From Pirellulales bacterium (GTDB lineage: Bacteria > Planctomycetota > Planctomycetia > Pirellulales > JAEUIK01), in contig JBFXAH010000007.1 of the NCBI GenBank assembly GCA_050184475.1, positions 136,328 through 200,327 of the forward strand: a stretch of DNA of 64,000 bases, given 5' to 3'. The notes below the pieces were generated by a model, which was not told the origin of the DNA, did no database searches, and saw only the letters and a program-made list of their open reading frames with translations. The translations under genes and the position numbers were made by a program. Shown here piece after piece: positions 59,001 to 64,000 of this stretch. The first letter of the stretch is position 1. Each line of letters starts with the position of its first letter.

Positions 59001-61568
59001 ATGATGACATCGTCGTTGGATGTCGGCGACAAACAGGTGGGAGCCGAGGCGGAGTTGATGTTTCGGCAACTGCGACAGCGCCTGTACGCGCGCACTGATC
59101 GCATGTTTGCCGTGCTGATGGCTTATCAATGGCTGGCCGCGGTGGTCGCGGCGCTGTGGATTTCGCCCCGCACCTGGCATGGCAGCGCCAGCCAGACGCA
59201 TCTACATGTCATCATGGCGGAGTTATTAGGGGGAGTTCTTGCCAGCGTCCCGATTGTGCTGGCGATGCGCTACCCCGGCCAGGCTTTCACCCGACATACG
59301 ATCGCGATCGCTCAGGTCCTCTTCTCTACGTTGCTCATTCACTTAACAGGCGGCCGGATCGAAACTCACTTTCACGTCTTTGGCTCTCTGGCGTTCTTGG
59401 CGTTTTACGGTGATTGGGCATTGCTGATCGCGCCCACGCTGATCGTGGCTGCGGATCACTTTCTGCGGGGGCTCTACTTTCCTCAGTCGGTTTACGGAGT
59501 TCTCGTGGTGAGCCCCTGGCGTTGGCTTGAGCACGCCGGCTGGGTGCTGTTCGAGGATCTGTTCTTGATCTTGTCTTGTCGCCGTAACGTGGCCGAGCTA
59601 CGGCTGGTTGCCAGACGCACCGCGGAACTGAGTGAACGCACGACCGAGCTCGAATCAGCCCTGCAATCCAATCGCGCGATCGTGGATGCAGCGCTCGACG
59701 CGGTGGTCGGATTCGACGGCGCGGGACGCATCGTTGACTGGAATCCGCAAGCGGAACAACTTTTCGGGCTGACGCGCGAAGAGGCGCTTGGACGTTGGTT
59801 GACCGACGAGGGCATTCCACCCGCGTTTTGCGAATTGCACGCTCAAGGAATGGCCGAGTACCGTCGCACGGGACCGACGCGCGTTTTGAACCAGCGCGTC
59901 GAAGTCGTGGCACATAATGCCCATCGCGGCCCGTTTCCCGTGGAAGTCGCCGTGGTCCCTATCCGCCATGGCGACGATGTCAGTTTCTCGGTCTTTATCC
60001 GGGACATTACCGAGCGGCAACGCGCCGAGCAGTCGATGCTGGCGGCCAAGGAGGCGGCCATCGCCGCTGACAAGGCCAAGAGTGCGTTCTTGGCAAACAT
60101 GAGCCATGAAATCCGCACGCCCTTGAACGGGATCCTCGGTTTCACGAAGCTCCTGTTGCAATCGGGCCCGGAGCTGCCAGGGAACGAGCGGGACGACTAT
60201 CTCCAAACCGTCCACGGCAGCGCCACGAATCTTCTGGCGCTGATCAACGACGTGCTCGATCTTTCAAAGATCGAGGCCGGACACCTAGACGTCGAGATCA
60301 TGGACTGCAACCCCGGGCAGATCATTGCCGAAGTTGCATCGCTGTTGCGGGCCAGGGCACAGGAAAAAGGGCTCCGCCTCGAAGCCCGCTGCGCAGGCGG
60401 CACGACCACGACCATTCGCACCGACCCGACTCGCCTGCGGCAACTGTTGCTCAACCTGGTCGGCAACGCCGTGAAATTCACCGACCAAGGCCAGATAGAG
60501 ATCAACGCCTATTTCGTGCCGACGGCCGATCGCATTCGGTACTGCATCGATGTCACGGATACTGGCATCGGCATAGCCGAGGACCGCATTCAGCACATTT
60601 TTGATCCCTTCGTCCAAGGAGACAATTCGGTCACACGGCGGTACGGCGGCACGGGGTTGGGGCTGGCCATTTGTTGCCGCCTGGCGACGGCCCTTGGAGG
60701 CGAGCTGAGGGTGCGCAGCGTGCCCGGCCAAGGTACAACGTTTTCGGCAGAGATCGATCCCGGTCCTGTGTCGCCCGACATCAAGTTGCCGCTGGTGCCC
60801 ATTGAGGTTTTTCGCCCACAGGCGTCTATCGCTTCCGCGCAGGTCGGGCAGCTTAATGGACGCGTGCTGGTCGTAGAAGATGGCGACACAAACCGCAAAC
60901 TGGTCAGCCTCGTCTTACGGCGTGCTGGAGTGGAGGTGGTTGAAGCTGAGAACGGTCAGGTCGGCGTCGAGAAAGCCTCTGCCGAGCGGTTTGACCTGAT
61001 CTTGATGGACATGCAAATGCCGGTGCTCGATGGCTACAACGCGACGCGACAGTTGCGGCAGCACGGCATCGACATTCCAATCATTGCCCTGACGGCCCAC
61101 GCGATGAAAGGAGACGAAGAAGAGTGCATCGCTGCCGGCTGTTCGGGGTATCTCGCCAAACCGATTGATACGGATCTGCTCTTGCGCACCGTGGCCGGAA
61201 TCCTGACTCGTGCCAAGCGCCGTCCAGACGTCGAGCAACCCTTGGTGTCGACGCTGCCCTTGGATGATCCAGAGTTTCAGGCCATCGTGGCAAGTTTTAG
61301 AGAGCGTTTGCTGGAGCAACTTGTCGCCATGCGGATTGCCGCCGCGGAGCAAGACCTGTCTCGGCTGCGAGAGTTGGCACACTGGCTCAAAGGGGCGGGC
61401 GGAACCGTCGGCTTCAACATCCTCAGCGTTGAAGCCGTCAAGCTCATGCAGTGCATCGACCGACAAAGCAGCACAGAGATCGGCTCGATTCTCGATGAAC
61501 TAGAATCGACGGCGGCGCGAATTGCCATTCCAGACGCTGAGCCCAGCCGTAATCCATCGCTACGCTGA
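59001..61568 (+). CDS. hybrid sensor histidine kinase (polytopic N-domain, PAS, HisKA, HATPase, REC, HPt)
   Basis: I chose the inner ATG 59001 (AGAGGG RBS). The H-box is SHEIRTPLNGILGF and the N-box is LLNLVGNAVKFT. G-boxes are DTGIGI and GGTGLGLAI. REC has VLVVEDGDTN...LILMDMQMPVLDG...IALTAHA. HPt has LAHWLKGAGGTVG. Confidence 0.9.
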   Translation: MMTSSLDVGDKQVGAEAELMFRQLRQRLYARTDRMFAVLMAYQWLAAVVAALWISPRTWHGSASQTHLHVIMAELLGGVLASVPIVLAMRYPGQAFTRHTIAIAQVLFSTLLIHLTGGRIETHFHVFGSLAFLAFYGDWALLIAPTLIVAADHFLRGLYFPQSVYGVLVVSPWRWLEHAGWVLFEDLFLILSCRRNVAELRLVARRTAELSERTTELESALQSNRAIVDAALDAVVGFDGAGRIVDWNPQAEQLFGLTREEALGRWLTDEGIPPAFCELHAQGMAEYRRTGPTRVLNQRVEVVAHNAHRGPFPVEVAVVPIRHGDDVSFSVFIRDITERQRAEQSMLAAKEAAIAADKAKSAFLANMSHEIRTPLNGILGFTKLLLQSGPELPGNERDDYLQTVHGSATNLLALINDVLDLSKIEAGHLDVEIMDCNPGQIIAEVASLLRARAQEKGLRLEARCAGGTTTTIRTDPTRLRQLLLNLVGNAVKFTDQGQIEINAYFVPTADRIRYCIDVTDTGIGIAEDRIQHIFDPFVQGDNSVTRRYGGTGLGLAICCRLATALGGELRVRSVPGQGTTFSAEIDPGPVSPDIKLPLVPIEVFRPQASIASAQVGQLNGRVLVVEDGDTNRKLVSLVLRRAGVEVVEAENGQVGVEKASAERFDLILMDMQMPVLDGYNATRQLRQHGIDIPIIALTAHAMKGDEEECIAAGCSGYLAKPIDTDLLLRTVAGILTRAKRRPDVEQPLVSTLPLDDPEFQAIVASFRERLLEQLVAMRIAAAEQDLSRLRELAHWLKGAGGTVGFNILSVEAVKLMQCIDRQSSTEIGSILDELESTAARIAIPDAEPSRNPSLR

Positions 61569-61792
61569 GAATGAATCGTCCGACCAGCGGACACACCTCC
61601 TAAAGGTTTGCGCAAGGCAGGGTAACGATCGCGCAGCTACCGACCATTGCCGGCCTGACAATTCCGCCCTCTTCGGCTTGCTAGCACGCGCCGCGCCGAC
61701 AAAGACGAAAGAAGACGAAGGAACCGCCAGCGTCCGCTACACGACGTCGGGGATCGTGTACGGCGAGCGGTATTCGCGCCGTAAAGCTGGCC

Positions 61793-64000
61793 TCACCGAG
61801 GCCGGCTGATGGTCTCTCGTGCCTCGCGGCGGGCGACGAGCTCGGCCGGCGTGGCGATGCGCCCCTGCCGGTAGCAGGCCAGGCGATCCTCGGCCTCGCT
61901 GCGCACGAGCTCGTTGGGGGCGAAGTCGCGCACCAGCTCTTGCCAGAAGCAGGCGGCCTTGAAGTTGCCACCGGCCGCATACGCGGCGGCCAGGGCGCTG
62001 AGGACCTCATCGCGTTTGTATTTGCAGTGCACGCACGCTTCGCGGGCAGCAGTCATGGCCTGCCTGGCGTCGCGACGTTCCTCGTCCGGACAGCGAGCCA
62101 AAAACTCAGCCTTGGCGATCAAGGCGTCGTCAGATCTTGGAGACAGCTTGACAGCCGTTTCGTAGTCGGTGCGTGCCGCGTCGTAGTTGCCAAGTCTCAG
62201 GTTAGCGGCGCTTCGTAGAGAGCGCAGCTTAGCCTCGGTGCGTTGCACGGATTGCGATTTCGAAACGATCGGGATATCAAACCGAAGTGAGTTCACGTCT
62301 TCGTTCCAAGTTGGCGTTGATTTCTTGGTCACCTTCGCGGGCTCGTGGAGAGTAGCTAGGGTTTGATTGAGCTCGATGAGCGCATCTGCAACTCGGTGAA
62401 GCTTTATCAAGCATGCTGCCTGGCAAAGGCGTGCGCTTGAACAATTCGGTTGCAGCTCGATCGCTCTTGCATACGCGACTAGTGCTGCGTTCACGTTTCC
62501 AATCAACGAATGCAAATTGCCAAGGTTCTCGTATTGCTCCGCCGAAGCGGCCGGCGATTTGGCAAGCGAGATCGCTTGTTGGTAGTCAATCTCGGCTGCC
62601 GCAAATCGATGGCACCAGGCTCGGATCGCTCCCCGGAAGGCATACGCCGAAGCGTGATCGGGTTCGATTTCCAGATACGTTGTCATATCTTGTTCCGCAG
62701 CGGTCCAGTGCCCCTTTGACCCAATGAGCGCTGCGCGGAAGCATCGAAGTACAGGCACCGCCTTCACGGCTGCGTCGTCAACGAATTCAAGTTGCTTGAG
62801 CGCCTCTTGCTCTTGTCCCGTGCCCAACGCCACACTCAGGCGCGAGAAGATGAGCCATCCGCGCAGCTCGTCGTCCATGTCGGCTGTTTCGAGATCGCAC
62901 AAGGGGCGACCGGTGGCCGCGTAAATCTGCATCTGCAGAATTCGGAAGAAATGATCCTTTGGTCTCCTGGAGATCCCAAGCCGGACATCCTCCAGTGCGC
63001 CCTCCATGTCCGCTTGTGCAATCCGGTACGTCGCGCGAAGCTTCAGCGATTCGATGGTGGGCGCCAATTCGACGGCTCGATCGATGTCGCGGATCGCGTT
63101 TGCTGGATCGCGCTTTTCAAGGAGATACAGCGCGCCGCGCGCGGTATACGCTTCGGCACGATCCGCTGGGCTGCCAGATGTGACTTCAATCGCTCGGCCG
63201 TAGTCTAATAGGGCCTCGTCACAGCGCTCAATTACTACGTTGATGTGCCCCTTAATTAGGTGGCCGTGGGAACTGGCAGGGTCAAGTTGTAATCCCTTGT
63301 CCACGTCCGCGAGCGCCGCTTCGCATTGTCGCGATTCGTACTGCAATTCAGCTCGCAACACGTAATAGCTGGCAGTTTCCGGAGACGTTTCGATCGCTGC
63401 GGTGACATCCCGAATCGCGTCGGCGTCACGGCGCTGTGCTCGTCGGCACAAGGCCCGCAACGCATACCAGTTCGCCGTCTCCTGAGGTTGTTTTGCCGCC
63501 ACGATCTGCATCGTGTAATATAGCGGAGCATCAGCGAACGCGATCACGTCCGCGCGACGAATCCAGCCATATGCGTGACCATTCTCCGGCTCGTCGATCC
63601 ACAGCCAGTCTCCCTTGATCTGGCGGACCCGGACTGGCCAGAGAATGTCCGCTGCGGTGGCGACCGTCTTCACCGCCGGGGCCCGAGGAGTCGATCGACA
63701 GCCGCGAGAGCCTCGCGCTTTGCCCCCATCGCTACGCGATGAATCGTCCGCCGACTTGGCACGGTATTTCACAGCCACCGTCCGATCGCGCGGCATGATC
63801 GCATCGCCCACCGCGATCGGACCCGTGGGCATGGCGATCTCTGCTGGGCCGACGGCTGCGGGCGTCTTGGACTTCGAATCGCCCCCACTCGAATCGTCGC
63901 CTTCGGCGTAAGCTAACAGTGGCGAGGGGGGAGTAAGCCACTCGCTCGTCGTCGCCGACGACGTGCTGCTTTCGGGCGAAACGTTCCAACTCGGTTTCTT
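61793..64000 (-). CDS. TPR-repeat protein; reading frame stays open to the right window edge
   Basis: ORF track 61793..63832 contains many TPR-like repeats. My hand translation upstream of ATG 63832 finds no in-frame stop up to 64000 (...SEWLTPPSPLLAYAEGDDSSGGDSKSKTPAAVGPAEIAMPTG...). The true start may therefore lie outside the window. Confidence 0.7.
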   Translation of the reverse strand, partial: KKPSWNVSPESSTSSATTSEWLTPPSPLLAYAEGDDSSGGDSKSKTPAAVGPAEIAMPTGPIAVGDAIMPRDRTVAVKYRAKSADDSSRSDGGKARGSRGCRSTPRAPAVKTVATAADILWPVRVRQIKGDWLWIDEPENGHAYGWIRRADVIAFADAPLYYTMQIVAAKQPQETANWYALRALCRRAQRRDADAIRDVTAAIETSPETASYYVLRAELQYESRQCEAALADVDKGLQLDPASSHGHLIKGHINVVIERCDEALLDYGRAIEVTSGSPADRAEAYTARGALYLLEKRDPANAIRDIDRAVELAPTIESLKLRATYRIAQADMEGALEDVRLGISRRPKDHFFRILQMQIYAATGRPLCDLETADMDDELRGWLIFSRLSVALGTGQEQEALKQLEFVDDAAVKAVPVLRCFRAALIGSKGHWTAAEQDMTTYLEIEPDHASAYAFRGAIRAWCHRFAAAEIDYQQAISLAKSPAASAEQYENLGNLHSLIGNVNAALVAYARAIELQPNCSSARLCQAACLIKLHRVADALIELNQTLATLHEPAKVTKKSTPTWNEDVNSLRFDIPIVSKSQSVQRTEAKLRSLRSAANLRLGNYDAARTDYETAVKLSPRSDDALIAKAEFLARCPDEERRDARQAMTAAREACVHCKYKRDEVLSALAAAYAAGGNFKAACFWQELVRDFAPNELVRSEAEDRLACYRQGRIATPAELVARREARETISRPR

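Overview
High-GC bacterial chromosome segment. By inference it is Planctomycetota (Pirellulales-like), because it carries a DUF1549/DUF1553 + DUF1501 pair, a DUF1559 H-X9-DG pseudopilin, PEP-CTERM and FG-GAP proteins, and long Arg-rich antisense ORFs typical of GC-rich DNA. All calls come from hand reading of the sequence and ORF track. No database search was run, so family names rest on remembered motifs. Many start codons were moved inward from the ORF-track maxima and remain approximate.

Contents, left to right:
- A partial integrative element (RepA-like ATPase, primase, excisionase, tyrosine integrase) abutting a divergent tRNA-Arg(CCT)/tRNA-Ser(CGA) pair.
- A circularly-permuted ATP-grasp / alpha-E / transglutaminase triad. 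The transglutaminase ends in a poly-Gln tail.
- Housekeeping genes: a DinG-like helicase, an orphan EF-G, PPi-PFK and IspG.
- Envelope and secreted proteins, and a TPR protein with a CHAT-like C-terminus.
- A 0.78-kb non-coding gap holding an exact sigma-54 -24/-12 promoter, about 0.5 kb of structured ORF-less sequence, and a textbook intrinsic terminator. This is my top candidate for something undescribed.
- A GTPase plus MsbA-like ABC exporter, divergent from a YtrA-type GntR/ABC operon with a recognisable promoter and operator.
- An NHL/dockerin/PEP-CTERM + DUF1559 + EEP operon.
- tRNA-Thr(CGT), followed by a TPR protein carrying two RpoA alpha-CTD copies.
- Small secreted proteins, one with a 10-Cys stretch.
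- A complete bacterial topoisomerase VI (B then A). The B subunit carries an extra H2TH-like module.
- An HD-GYP response regulator / thioredoxin-fold / hybrid histidine kinase operon.

No rRNA, CRISPR array or transposase was seen.
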